In this document: one piece after another, positions 50,195 to 63,093 of the stretch
Layout: every line of letters begins with the position of its first letter
Position numbering within the stretch: position 1 is the first letter of the stretch
Source: Octopus sinensis
Taxonomy: Eukaryota
Length of the DNA stretch: 64,000 nucleotides
Direction: 5' to 3'
Assembly (NCBI RefSeq): GCF_006345805.1
Contig: NC_043004.1
Span: forward strand, 82,026,001-82,090,000
Made by a program: the position numbers and the translations under genes
Notes under the pieces: generated by a model
Database searches by the model: none
The model's input: only the letters and a program-made list of their open reading frames with translations
What the model was told of the DNA's origin: nothing

Positions 50195-52560
50195 CAAACT
50201 CAATTAGCCATGGCATGCCCAGTCCTCCACGCAATGGTTGTTGACAGCAGAAGGGCCGTTTGACGAACGGAGCACGTCCCTTCCACAGAAAGCGGAAGGT
50301 CAAGCGCTCCGGCTTGGTCAACCATGAAGCAGGGCAAGGGACGACAGTCAGGTGTTAGTAGATGATGGAAGTGATGTACACATTCGCCACCTGCACCCGA
50401 CCTTTCAGGGACAGCTTCCTCTCTGCACATTTCTGGGTGAGATTGGTACCCTGCTCGTCACCTCCCCACCGTTCTTGTTTTACCTGGAGGTCAGGACCAA
50501 ACCAGACCCCGAGCAATTCAACCGGTCCTTCCGTCCAGTGCCTTACCGCGCTATCGGTTGGCATGTACCTGACTCTCCAGGTGCCGAGATGAAGGCCCAC
50601 CGACTTGTCCTGATTAATTTTTGCTCCTGTCACCATTTCGTACTCTCTTAAAGTAGAGCCGATCACCTCGATTTCTGAACTGTCCGACCCTATCCCGGTG
50701 ATGTCTCCGGATAAGCCGACACAAACCTTCCGCATCCTAGATCACGTCGGATGCCCCTCGAAATATCCAACTTCTTCAGCAAGCACGTACAGAAGGGGAG
50801 AAAGTGGACATCCTTCACGGACCGAGTGAGCCATGCAAAACGATTCCAATAGATGGCCGTTTACTTTGACCACCGAACAGATGCTACTATACACTACAGC
50901 GATCCTCTGGAAACAGGACCGAAGCCAGCCACCGTGAGGACAGCTTCCAAGTATTGATGGTCGACCATGTCAAAAGCTTTTGATTGATTCAAATTGATCA
51001 GAGACCCACCAGTGCCAGGTTCTTTCCGTACCCTCTCTAAGATGTCGCACCTGAGGTGGAGGTTTTCTTGGATAGATCTGTTCAGAATAGCGCATGTCTG
51101 CGCGTTAACGACCAGCTTACCGACAGCAAACTCCATCTCTTGGCTAACACTTTGGCCAAAATCTTATAATCTGTATTTAGCATAGTTGTGGGCCTAAAAT
51201 CATCTATTTGGTGTCCCCGACCACCTTTTTGGGGGGTCCTTTCTCAGCAGCATCACGACGCCACGGTTCACAGTACTGGGTATTCTCCCGTTCTGCTGCG
51301 AGGTTTGGTAGACATCCGCCCAGAGATCACCAAACAAGTATGTCATATGAAAATAAAGCTAGAAGGGCAGACCATCGAGTCCCGGAGACTTCTGTCTTGT
51401 GCAGCTCGTCATCGCGTCCCGTATGTCTTCGGCTGTTATCGGCATTTCGCAAAACTCCGCATCCCTGGCCGAAAGGCGTTGCATGCCATCGTCAAAAACC
51501 GAATAGTGGCTTTGTTGTCACGATGCATCTCTGCCACCCGGGCCCATCGGACGGCTTACGTCCCCTCATGTCTTAAAGCACGTGCCCTAGCTCTGACAAC
51601 GTAACCTTCATGCTTGGCACTAGAATTGATCAAGAGCTAATCTCGTCGCCAGCGCGTCAGTCGCGATGCCTCTCCTCTAGCTTTCTAACTAGCTCTTCTT
51701 CTATTCTAGATTCCTCTGCTCTGCTCTAATAGTTCTTTCAAGGCTAACCACCAACGGTTGTTGACAATTGCGCCCTACAACTTTCGATGGACTAACTTGC
51801 TAACCCGGTTTCTGAATGCTTGACGCGCCGGGAAAGACGCGTTCAGTTCCCAGTACCCAGGACCCTGCTTATAGATCCTATCTATGTCAACTGTACAGAT
51901 CACAAATTTGTGGTCTGTGTAGCCGACGTCTTTAAACTGTGGACAACCAATGCTATTTGTATCTACTGGCCTACATACTATCATATCTAAATACGATCTG
52001 GAAGACCCGGTACTGTTTGCCCATGTCCACATTAGCTCATTCGGGAAATCCATTCGGTACTTGTCAGCCAATTGGAAACGACTGAGCAGGTTTGTGAGGC
52101 TTTTGCACTCCCCTCTCTTATCGGCTAATCCCACTCTATCCAGGCGTGCATCCAAAATGACATTCCAATCTCCCACTTGAACTAAAGTACGAGACGTCCC
52201 CAGGAAAACCGCCAAACGTCAGGAGAAATTTGGCTGCCCCACCCCAGTTGGGGCGTACACAGCCACTAGACTTAATGCACCACCTTCACTGTTGCTCACA
52301 TCCAGGAACACCAACTTTCTTTCCGGGTCCAGGAAGACCGTCCGTGCCTCGAGATCCAGGCCTTTCCTAAACAGCACTGTCCCTGCCCCCACCATTCTAG
52401 ACCGACTAAGAGATGCGTAAATCTCAAAATCGTCGAAAATGGGGGCTAAATCGCATATGTCAGAAATCCTGGTTTCATTGATGGCTGTCACATCCATACC
52501 TGATGTCATCGAGCAGACGATCCTGCTTCCAGGGCGACCCCTGGCTACGAACATTTATAT
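50195..52560 (-). mobile_element. L1/Tx1-clade LINE ORF2 (APE + RT), degraded, with an internal deletion
   Basis: APE: AINETR, LVAVYAP, VGDWNVIL, TWAN...SYLD, TDHK, GPGYWELN. RT: KSPGLDGLP, DFRPTTMLNTDYKILAKVLA, SKAFDMVDH, PLSPLLYVL, TGAKINQDKS, GGLGMP. Confidence 0.9.
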
Positions 52561-52679
52561 TACCTACTCTTGAATACATCATGATGACCGGACAGAATTT
52601 GGAGAAGACACAAAAGGCGTCTACTTACCCGACAGGTGTCACTGGATGTCAGGTGGTTCAACGTCTATGAGAACCTTTT

Positions 52680-52831
52680 AAAGCTTATGGCGATCAGCGT
52701 GCAATGATTAAGGAAAATTGTCTGAAAAAGGGGCATATAAAACCTAAGCCTTCTTTTTTCTGTCGAGGGCTAATATGCCCCTTTATTAGACTATTTTCCT
52801 TAGTCATTGCACGGTGATCGCTATAAGCTTT
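52680..52831. mobile_element. ~150 bp hairpin/MITE-like element
   Basis: ~60 bp imperfect arms AAAGCTTATGGCGATCAGCGTGCAATGATTAAGGAAAA... / ...TTTTCCTTAGTCATTGCACGGTGATCGCTATAAGCTTT. Confidence 0.7.
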
Positions 52832-52865
52832 AAGCTTATGTAAAAAATAACACACACATACACAC

Positions 52866-52909
<44 letters not shown>

Positions 52910-53284
52910 GTATACTACAGCCGACGATTCTAGTCAACGCACAAGACAGCCATTATGCCCCCCCCCCAAAAAAAAACCACCACCACTAGATTATGTTGAG
53001 ACTAGTAAGAAAGAATTATGAACTTTTCTTTTATTACATTTAACTTTTAAAAATATTTTTGATAAGGTTCGTTTTTTCAAGAAGAACCGAAGCATGTAAA
53101 ATCTCTCAAAAAATTAAAATTTATCTTATATAGTGGCGTTTTCAAACTTTTATATATATATATTTAGAAAGAAAGAGAAAGAGAGACAGACTGAGAGAGA
53201 TTGATAGATATATCAGTGTATAAATATATATGAGCATATCCTCTTATGTATTGATGTATATCTCCGCTTTGTTTCCTGTTAATC

Positions 53285-54690
53285 CCAAAGCTTCTCTAGC
53301 CTTTGCTGATTAACGATATCAGCACTAGCATGGTAAGGGGAGAAGACATTGAAGCCAAAATCAACAAGTACACAAAGGAGTGTTTTGGTGCCCCACCGGG
53401 TCACACTGATGATGCACTCTAATGTCCCAAGGTCAAGCTGAAGTTATTTCTCAAGTCCATCGTAGGAGAATACAAGATCGGAAAAAGCAAAGCTCTTTTC
53501 CATGCTTGAAGACTCGAAAGACAAGGTCGTGAGGTCGAGCCGGCCCTTGATGATGAGAAGCGAGAAATGAGATGTCCACATGGTGGTGTATGCAACAAAG
53601 GAAAACCTTATGATCAGATTAATAATGGGACACACTCAGACTAATAAGCAGGGACTTGGTATAATACGAATGGAATGGTGGTCAGAAGCCAAGAGAGACG
53701 AGGCAGAAGCTAAATCTGCAGGAAGTGAAAAAAGAAGAGGATGCCAGAAGACTCTGGGAGGCAGTACAGCAGAGCCAACTGAATCAGTGGATGACGTGAA
53801 GTGTTTCAGTTGGAATGACTTGTGGTGTTTAACACCTCTCGTAGAGTAAATTTATCTTCAGATCTGTCTATGATGTCCTGCCTTTGTATATGAACCTGGC
53901 AAAGGGGGGAGGGGGTCAGATAATCTTGAGTGTCTGCTCTGCTGTGGTAGACAGACAGTGGAACACGTTCTGAGCTTCTGCAGAGTAGAATTATCCCAAG
54001 GAAGATACACGCGGAGGTACAATCAAGTACTTAAGGAGAGAGTACATGTGATAAGTACGACAAGAGTAAAATCCAGAGCACCAGAATCTCCAGGTACATT
54101 CTACACAGTAGGAGGCAGCAAATTATGGCGAGGAACAGATATGCCATATGGAGCATAGGAATGGAGTCTTCTGGGTGGTGCGGATGACTGGGTGTGCTCA
54201 GCAGACTTTCCAGGATCAGCAGGAAAACCGGAATTCACCAGGAAGCGTGGCTTCAGGCTGGATAATGTTCGTACTCCATTCTTGTTCATCAAAGCAAGTG
54301 AATACCATTTAAAAGTAGGATAGAAGAAGCTCACGTGTTCAAGGCCGAATAATACGTCAGTCTAGCCAACAGCCTGTATAAAGCCAACTTCCGGGTCAAG
54401 GTTCTCTCTATAGAGGTTGGAGCCAGAGTTTTTTGTGTACAAGTCTGCTTATGATCTAATAAACAACTCTCAGTGTCTGGGAAGAACCGGACGAAAGCCC
54501 TGAAGGCAACACCAGAGATAGCGGAGAGTTGTTCCAGCTGGGGTCTGGCCGAGGAGCAACAAAAACAACCTCCATACCGATTGAAGACAAATATTTAAGT
54601 TTTAACGCTAAGGGACGTAACTCTCAGCGAATCGTTGTGGTGGCGTTGTCGTTGCACCGCTACCTTGACAACTAACTGACGTTATTTCCT
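53285..54690 (+). mobile_element. HERO/NeSL-type RLE LINE, 3' third, degraded
   Basis: PKLL*PLLI...IEAKINKY, IMGHTQTNKQGLG, SWNDLW, SVYDVLP, CCHC CLLCCGRQTVEHVLSFC..SQGRYT, FRVKV..IEVGAR. Confidence 0.85.
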
Positions 54691-54954
54691 GAAGTGTAAG
54701 ATTGAAAGCTGAAACAGCAAAGAGTTCCAAGTCGATTGAAATCTCCAAACAGTTTAATGTACAAGTCTCTGATATCCAAGGGAGTAAAAAAAATGTCAGC
54801 AGAAGGGTACCCAGGAGTCATTGTCCGGATGCGGCCCGGCCCGGCCCCGTTAGAATGTACGAAGTTAAGGGCTGGAATAGTTGCCTGAGGAGGCAAGGCA
54901 AGGCTCGTCAGATATTCTGCTGTTTACCTCTCTTGAGAGTTTCTTACCACTGCA

Positions 54955-55190
54955 TATACATACATACATACATACATACATACATACATAAATACATACA
55001 TACATACATACATACATACATACATACATACATACATAGATACATACATAGATACATACATACATACATACATACATACATACATACATACATACGTACG
55101 TACATACATACATACATACATACATACATACGTACGTACGTACATACATACATACATACATACATACATACATACATACATACATACATA
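54955..55190. repeat. (CATA)n microsatellite
   Basis: Direct inspection. Confidence 0.95.
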
Positions 55191-55599
55191 CTATTGGATT
55201 GCGCACGTGCCGAGAAAATCCACACACTCACACAGAGACAGACATTCACACAAATAAATATTTTAAATGCAAGAATTTTGGAATGGAATACTATACCTAC
55301 CTATATAAACATCGTCAGTGAAATAGAGTGAAATTCAACAAAACCATATTATCTATAAAAAATAATTAACCTTCTTTTCACAGTAGAGGACGCTTCAGAG
55401 ATGAAAATTTAAATAACGAAATTTAAGCTAGAAAAATATTTTACGTGCTAAAAGCGTTAAGAAATAGTGTCGTATTGTCGACCATGAAGGGGGAGGGAGG
55501 TGAGAGAGAGAGAGAGAAAATAAAAAACAAGAAAATACTTATAGACGCCATCTGCATGAAATATAGCACTTAAGTTAGTGTTAATATAGTTGATATACT

Positions 55600-56605
55600 T
55601 AAACCTTTGCCGGTCCAATGCATTTTCATAAGCTTGTCCTAAACGTCAATGTCTTTTGATTAATCCTTGTTTCAAAGGTTCTGAATAATATTAAGCCTTC
55701 CTTTCATAAGTCCCAAGTTATTCAGACGGCTGAAATGAAATTGGGATATGTATTGTATGTGATGGATGCGCAATGGCTCAATGGTTAGGGCAGCGGACTC
55801 ACGGTCGGAGGATCGCGGTTTCGATTCCCAGACCGGGCGTTGTGTGTGTTTATTGAGCGAAAACACCTAAAGCTCCACGATGCTCCGGCACGGGGTGGTG
55901 GCGACCCCTGTTGTACTCTTTCGCCCCAACTTTCTCTCACTCTTTCTTCCTGTTTCTTGAGTAACGCTGCGATGGACTGGCGTTCCGTCCAACTGGGGGG
56001 AACACATACGCCAGAGAAACCGGGAAACCGGGCCCATGAGCCTGATTAGGCTTGAAAAGGGCGCATAAATAAAAAAAATTGTATGTGATGCAAGGATACC
56101 AGGAAAATATGTCCTATGTATCATCTGTGATATGCTTTGCTATTCGACATGGTTGTGTGTCTGGGTATACAAATCACTTCGCCCTTTAGCTCTTGCCCTG
56201 TTAAATCCTTTTCAGAGGTTTTTCCTAAATGTGCATGTTTGTTTCCAGCCTTTTAATGAACCCTTGTTTCATTCGTACTGAATGATATAACGCCTTCATT
56301 CATAAGTCCCAAGTTACTCTGACGACTGAAATTAAATTGGGAATGCGTATCATATGTAGTGGAAAGATGCCAGATGTGTCATCTGCGAATTGTTTTGCTA
56401 TTCTACATGGTTGTGCGTTGTGATAAATAAATCACTCCCCGTTTAACTCTTTCGCTGTTCAAATCTTTCTGAATAGGTTTTCTTCAACTTCTATGTTTTC
56501 AGACATTTATTTAGCCCTTGTTACATTCGTTTTGAATAACATAAAACTTCCCTTTCATAAGTTCCAAGAAAACTGGTGGCTGAAAAACAAATTTGAGAAT
56601 GTATA
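55600..56605. repeat. Diverged ~260 bp tandem repeat (about 3 units), interrupted by SINE C and a mariner
   Basis: Recurrent CCTTGTT...TGAAT...TTCATAAGT(C/T)CCAAG...GCTGAAA at about 55665, 56255 and 56515; TTTGCTATTC.ACATGGTTGTG at 56137 and 56395. Confidence 0.65.
55765..56078 (+). mobile_element. SINE family C variant with a 12 bp TSD
   Basis: TSD TTGTATGTGATG at 55753-55764 and 56079-56090; V-like box TGCGATGGACTGGCGTTCCGTCC. Confidence 0.9.
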
Positions 56606-57930
56606 CGAGATGGCATCAAAATGTTCTCGAAGTAGTTCTGTAGCACGCCAACAGATGGCAGCACACGGTTGCGTGCGAAGTGAAAGCTATCAGTGATCTT
56701 CACGAGGCAGTGTGCCGCGTGACATCGCTGTGTTTACTTTGCAAGTTGTGAAATATATGAGTTTTGTGATGCTGTAGTTTGCGATTTTGTAATGGACAGG
56801 AAGAAGGATCCAACGTGAAATTTTGCGTTAAACTCGGGAAGTCTGCTACAAAGACATTGAGTATGCTGCGCAACGAGGCAATGGGTCGCACGCAATGCAC
56901 TTGTATGAGTGGCACATGTGCTTCAAAAGTGTAAGAACGTCCCTGGAAGACCTACCACAAGCGTCACATCCGGAAATGTGGTATTGCGCATCGCGAATTG
57001 GTTTCCCAGAGATAGACCTCCAAATCGAGAGTTCTACTGTGAGGTTTTGAAGCGTTTGAGGGAGGGCATTAGGCGAAAGCAACCGGATCTACGAATCGCG
57101 AAGTATTGGGTTCTTTACGATGACGATGCACCTTGTCACAGAACTCTCATCACTTGTGAGTTACTCGCCAAAAGCAACATGATATCGCTTGAACACCTGC
57201 CCTGTTCACCAGATTTGGCACCTGTGGACTTCCATCTCTTCCCGCAGATGAAAATGCAGCTTGAAGGTCGCCGTTTGAACATCATTGTCAAGATCAAGAG
57301 CGATTCGCTTAAGGAAAGCGACTTCCGGGCCGGATTCCAAAAGTGGTAGGAACGCTTGGACCGGTGTATTGCTGCCCAAGGTGACTGTTTCGAAGGAGAC
57401 GATGAGGAAACTTACTCTCTTTTTACTTGTTTCAGTCATTTGACTGCGGCCATGCTGGAGCACCGCCTTTAGTCGAGCTAACCGACCCCAGGACTTATTC
57501 TTTGTAAGCCTAGTACTTATTCTATCGGTCTCTTTTGCTGAACCGCTAAGTGACGGGGACGTAAATACTCCAACATCGGTTGTTAAGCAATGTTGGGTGG
57601 GGGACACAGACACACAAACATACACACACATATATACTACGGGCTTCTTTCAGTTTCCGTCTACCAAATCCACTCACAAGGATTTGTTCGGCCCGAAGCT
57701 ATAGTAGAAGACACTTGGCCAAGGTGCTACGAAGTGGGACTGAACCCAGAACCATGTGGTTGGTAAGAAAGCCACTTACCACACAGCCATTCCTGCACCT
57801 ATAAACGTAAAGACAGACGAAATGCCGCTAAGCAGTTTGCCCGGCATGCTAACGTTTCTGCCAGCTCGCAGCCTTAGGTAAATAAATAATTTTTATTAAA
57901 CATAATTAGTCCGGGAACCTAACTACCTCG
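56606..57930 (+). mobile_element. Mariner transposon, internally deleted transposase pseudogene with nested SINEs
   Basis: NVKFCVKLGKSATKT (HTH), YDDDAPCH (HDNAPxH), CSPDLAPVDFHLF, KW*ERLDRCIAAQGD; TA|CGAG ... CCTCG|TA. Confidence 0.9.
57410..57800 (-). mobile_element. SINE family A, full length, nested in the mariner
   Basis: Tail to head, collinear with 63094-63494. Confidence 0.9.
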
Positions 57931-58483
57931 TATCATATATGATGCATGGATAACAAAGAAATATGTCCTGTGTACTACATGGAACACACAAGATAGGCAA
58001 AGTGTTAATTAATGAAATTTTTAAAAATATAGGAATAAATATATTAGGCGAAGACATGGCAGTATGGTTGTTCACGGTCCTGTAACTTAGCAGTTCGGCA
58101 AAAGGTACTGATAGAATAAGTAAAACCGATAGAATAAGAAACAGACTCTAAAAATAAGTACGCGTTGACTAAACCGTCCAGTCTAAAGATTGGCTGCAAT
58201 CCAGTGACTGGAACCTGTAAAAGATAGAAATAAATAAACAATGAGGAGTTAAAATCTAGTAATTGATTAATAATAATTTAGCAAGTAAAGAGAAGATAAC
58301 TCAGTATGTGATTCGGTGTTATGTCTTTATTAGCGAAACACAACTTTCACCATATAAAGATAATACCGTCAGAAATGCAAGAATTAATATAACTTTTATA
58401 TTTAACATAATTATTATTTTGAAGGAATTTCATTTTTTTTTCAATGGGAAACTGATGGCTGTTGTGCGCGCGCTCTGATCTAA

Positions 58484-59014
58484 CACTTTAGCATTTGCAC
58501 CGGGTATATCAGGCCAAATGTTCTACCTGCTTTAAGTGCAAACTGGTTAGATCTAGCCTCACACACCTATCCTACAATGTCATTGAATAAAAAAGCAATC
58601 GCATCATCAAAATCTCAAAGCTATGACATAATCCATTATTAATTCTAAACAATGTGAATAAATAAATATTACTTTTGGCGGAGTGTGGAGGCACATGGCC
58701 TAGTGGTTAGAGCAGCGGACTCGTGGTCGAGGGATCGCGGGTTCGAATCTTAGACCGGGCGATGTGTGTGTTTATGAGCGAAACACCTAAGCTCCACGTG
58801 GCTCCGACAGAAGGTAATGACGAACTTCTGCTGACTCATGCCACAACTTTCTCTCACTCTTTCCTCCTGCATCTTGCAGCTCACCTGCGACGGACCGGCG
58901 TCCCGTCCAGGTGGGGAACCTATACACCAAGGAAACCAGGAAACCGGCCCTAATGAGCCAGGCATGGCTCGAGAAGGAACAAACATTTGACGGAGTAATC
59001 CGAATGCTAAAGGG
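58484..59014. mobile_element. piggyBac-like MITE interrupted by SINE C
   Basis: CTAA|CACTTTAGCATT ... AATGCTAAAGGG|TTAA. Confidence 0.7.
58685..58985 (+). mobile_element. SINE family C
   Basis: Close to 20806-21108; TSD TTTG(G/A)CGGAGT. Confidence 0.9.
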
Positions 59015-59058
59015 TTAAAAGAGTTCTAACGATCGAACTAAAATATCGATATCAAATA

Positions 59059-59447
59059 CAGTTGAACCTCGCAGTACGAGTGCACCATTGTACGAGTAAT
59101 TTGCTGTACGAGCCGAGACTCATGCGAATTTTTGTCTTTAAATACGAGCCGAAATCCGCAATACGAGCACACAAATCGTCCCATCTTTAAGGTAATTCGT
59201 TTAATAAAACCAGTTTACATATTTCTTTTGCATTCTCTTTTTTATAAGTGTCATTGTACTTGAAACTACACCTTTTCTGTTTTAAAACCCATAAAAACAC
59301 CTCATTTTTTTAGTGGATTTTGGGGGCTGGAACAGATTAATTACATTTTAGTTAATTCCAATGGGGAAAATTGATTTGTGAAACGAGTAAATCGTAAGAC
59401 CAGCTCGGTCATGGAACGAATTAAACTCGTACTGCGAGGTATCACTG
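59059..59447. mobile_element. Tigger/pogo-type MITE
   Basis: TA|CAGTTGAACCTCGCAGTACGAGT ... ACTCGTACTGCGAGGTATCACTG|TA; subterminal TACGAG repeats. Confidence 0.85.
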
Positions 59448-59599
59448 TACTTGGAGTTTGTAGAACAGCATTTGGCCGTAATACTCAAGTGGTCCTGCTT
59501 GTAGATTTTGTCGAACCTGAGAGGATGAAAGTCAAAGTCTATCTCGGCGGAATTTGAGCCAGAAGAAATGTCGCTAAACATTTTGTCCCGATGATTTAA

Positions 59600-60312
59600 C
59601 GATTCTTTCCTACTCTTGGCACAAGGTCCGAAATTTTCGGGGAAGTGGCCGGTCGATTAGATCGACCTCAGTACGCAACTGGTACTTAATTTATCGACCC
59701 CGAAGGGATGAAAGGCAAAGTGGACCTCGGCGGAATTTAAACTCAGAACATAAAGACAGACGAAATACCGCTAAGCATTTCTTTACTGAGGGGACAAACA
59801 AGGACAGACAAACGGATTAAGTCGATTATATCGACCCCAGTGCGTAACTGGTACATAATTAATCGAACCCGAAAGGATGAAAGGCGAAGTCGACCTCGGC
59901 GGAATTTGAACTCAGAACATATAGACGAAATACCTATTTCTTTACTGCCCACAAAGGGCTAAACACAGAGGGGACAAACAAGGACAGACAAACGGATTAA
60001 GTCGATTACATCGACCCCAGTGCATAACTGGTACTTATTTAATCGACCCCGAAAGGATGAAAGGCACAGTCGACCTCGGCGGATTTTGCACTCAGAACGT
60101 AGCGGCAGACGAAATACCTATTTCTTTACTACCCGCAAGGGGCTAAACACAGAGAGGACAAACAAGAACAGACAAACGGATTAAGTCGATAACATCGACC
60201 CCAGTGCGTAACTGGTGCTTAATTTATCGACTCCGAAAGGATGAAAGGCAAAGTCGACCTTGGCGGAATTTGAACGCCCGGCGTGCTAACGTTTCTGTCA
60301 GCTCGCCGCCTT
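59600..60312 (-). repeat. Head-to-tail array of SINE B units (~184 bp period)
   Basis: Junctions GACGAAATACC|TATTTCTTTAC at 59934 and 60118; a further junction near 59777. Confidence 0.9.
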
Positions 60313-60399
60313 CTTCACGGCAATTAATCTCACCAAACTGTTTGTCTGTCTGTCTGGCTGGCTGGCTGTTTCCGTCTCTGTTTCCCCCCTTTTTTTTTT

Positions 60400-60815
<416 letters not shown>

Positions 60816-61432
60816 CCCGCCATTAATTCAACCAAAACAAAACAACACAACTCCAAACCAAGGGACACAACTGTTAACCAAATCCTTCCCGAGTTACTCT
60901 CCCTTCCTTTCCATACGGGTTTCAACAAAATGGACGTTACAGTGAAATGGAACATTCAACTGTGAAGTGATTTTCTCATTTATTCTTCTGTTCTCCAATT
61001 CTTCTGGACCATCGCGCTATCATCACATCACCAGCCGACAGTAATTGATATTTTTAATTATCTCTTCTACCTCAGCATCTTCAATTCCTCCCTTTACTCG
61101 TACAATATCTATTATTATATTACAATGAAGGCATTTTTTTCGTCTTGTTTGCTCGACACTAAACAAAAACAATTAAAGAAGGGGAAAAAAAAAAATAACG
61201 ATTATCACAGCATTTTGCTTTCTCTCTGTTTCTCTGACTAGCTTTTCCTGCCTCTCTTTTGATTTTAAATAACCCCTGTTTATTGTATTTGACACGTTTT
61301 CGCTTGTTTTCTATTCCCTAAACAAGACGTATGTCTGTGTATATGCGTGTATGTCTGAATTACTATACGTGTGTGACTACGTACACAAACACACGTAAAC
61401 ATACACACACACATACATACATACATACACAC

Positions 61433-61787
61433 GCTCACATATGTGTTTGATTATTATTATCATCATTATTATTATTATTGGTACTACTTGCGAACAGTGG
61501 TCCCGGTGCGCGCACTCGCGTAGTCGCGCATCCGCGCTAGCTAGCCATGACTAGTCGATCCTTACTTTGTGTGTTATTTACTTTGTTTAACAAAAATTAT
61601 TTTGTATTTCATTTACTTTGCTAGGTAGTCGTTGTAGGATCGACTAGTCACGACTAGCTAGCGCGACTACGCGAGTGCACGCACCGGGACCACTCTTCTC
61701 AAGTAGTACCAATAATAATATAATAATAATAATCAAACACATATGTGAGTGCGCGCACCGGGGCCACTGTTCTCAAGTAGTACCATT
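61433..61787. mobile_element. CpG-rich MITE with ~80 bp TIRs, an extra third TIR and a mirrored flank
   Basis: GGTACTACTTGCGAACAGTGGTCCCGGTGCGCGCACTCGCG... with inverted copy ending AAGTAGTACC at about 61709; third partial copy ending at 61784. Confidence 0.8.
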
Positions 61788-62425
61788 CCATTATTATTAT
61801 TAACGTGAAGATTGTTGTAGAGTAAACTCTTTGAGTTGCGATTCTAGGAAGTTTAGCTTGTAGTCAACTACTTACATTATCTACTTCAAAATTGAGTACA
61901 ATTTCCCCATTTGTATATATATAAACTCACTCTTTATATACAGGCAATCACGCACGCACACAGTTATATATATATATGTTCGTGCACGTGTGTGTATACG
62001 TTTGTGATTGTGTATAATTTATACGTTGGCCCTCGTACATTGACTCATATGTACACGCTGTCACCCGCCTTCTCTGTCTCTCTACGTTTGTATAAACATT
62101 CACACACACGGGACACAGTGTGTATGTGTATGTGTGTATGTGTGGACACTCACGTGTATTTGACTATGTCCGTTCACACCCACCCACTTCACACTGACAG
62201 ATTGACACATTTACATATATATATATAAATATAAATAAATAACTATATATATATTTATACATCTACTTCAAACGTGTTTTTACGAACGGGTCTACGAGAG
62301 AGAGAGAGACTGTAAGTGGTCGCTGGTCATACTAGAAATAGTAGCCAGGTCTTTCTTTCAAATTACAACCTCTGTTTCAAAAAGAAAGAAAGAAAAATAA
62401 GAATGTTGGACAATGTTGGATAATA

Positions 62426-62845
62426 GGCGCAGGAGTGGCTGTGTGGTAAGTAGCTTGCTAACCAACCACATGGTTCTGGGTTCAGTCCCACTGCGTGGCA
62501 CCTTGGGCAAGTGTCTTCTGCTATAGCCTCGGGCCGACCAAAGCCTTGTGAGTGGATTTGGTAGACGGAAACTGAAAGAAGCCCGTCGTATATATGTATA
62601 TATATATATATATATAGGTGTGCGTGTATGTGTTTGTCCCCCTAGCATTGCTTGACAACCGATGCTGGTGTGTTTATGTCCCCGTTACTTAGCGGTTCGG
62701 AAAAAAAAGAGACCCGATACAATAAGTACTGGGCTTACAAAAACAATAAGTCCCGGGGTCGAGTTGCTCGATTAAAGGCGGTGCTCCAGCATGGCCGCAG
62801 TCAACTGACTGAAACAAGTAAAAAGAGAAAAAAAGAGTAAAAGAA
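62426..62845 (+). mobile_element. SINE family A, full length, young
   Basis: GGCGCAGGAGTGGCTGTGTGG...GGGTTCAGTCCC...tail CAGCATGGCCGCAGTC. Confidence 0.95.
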
Positions 62846-63093
62846 TGTAATCGGATCTTTGCATAACCAGGGCTAATTTGAGGCCAAACGTATACATCTT
62901 GTATTGATTACCATTAGGTAATCAAAAAGTAAAAAGAAAAAGGAAAGGCTAAAAAGTAGAACAGCATAAAATAAAATTTCAATTTTACGAATGCTGATGA
63001 TAAGGAAGTGAAGGATTAAAATCATCATCATCATCATCATTGTCTACACAATTTATATTTTGTTTATGTATTAGTTAATACACTAGTTGGGCT

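Noticed and set aside
51188-51604. 138 aa plus-strand ORF
   Set aside because: It is the antisense shadow of the Tx1 RT on the minus strand.
59600-60312. Regular repeat array resembling CRISPR
   Set aside because: Units are whole SINE segments without unique spacers; eukaryotic context and no cas genes.
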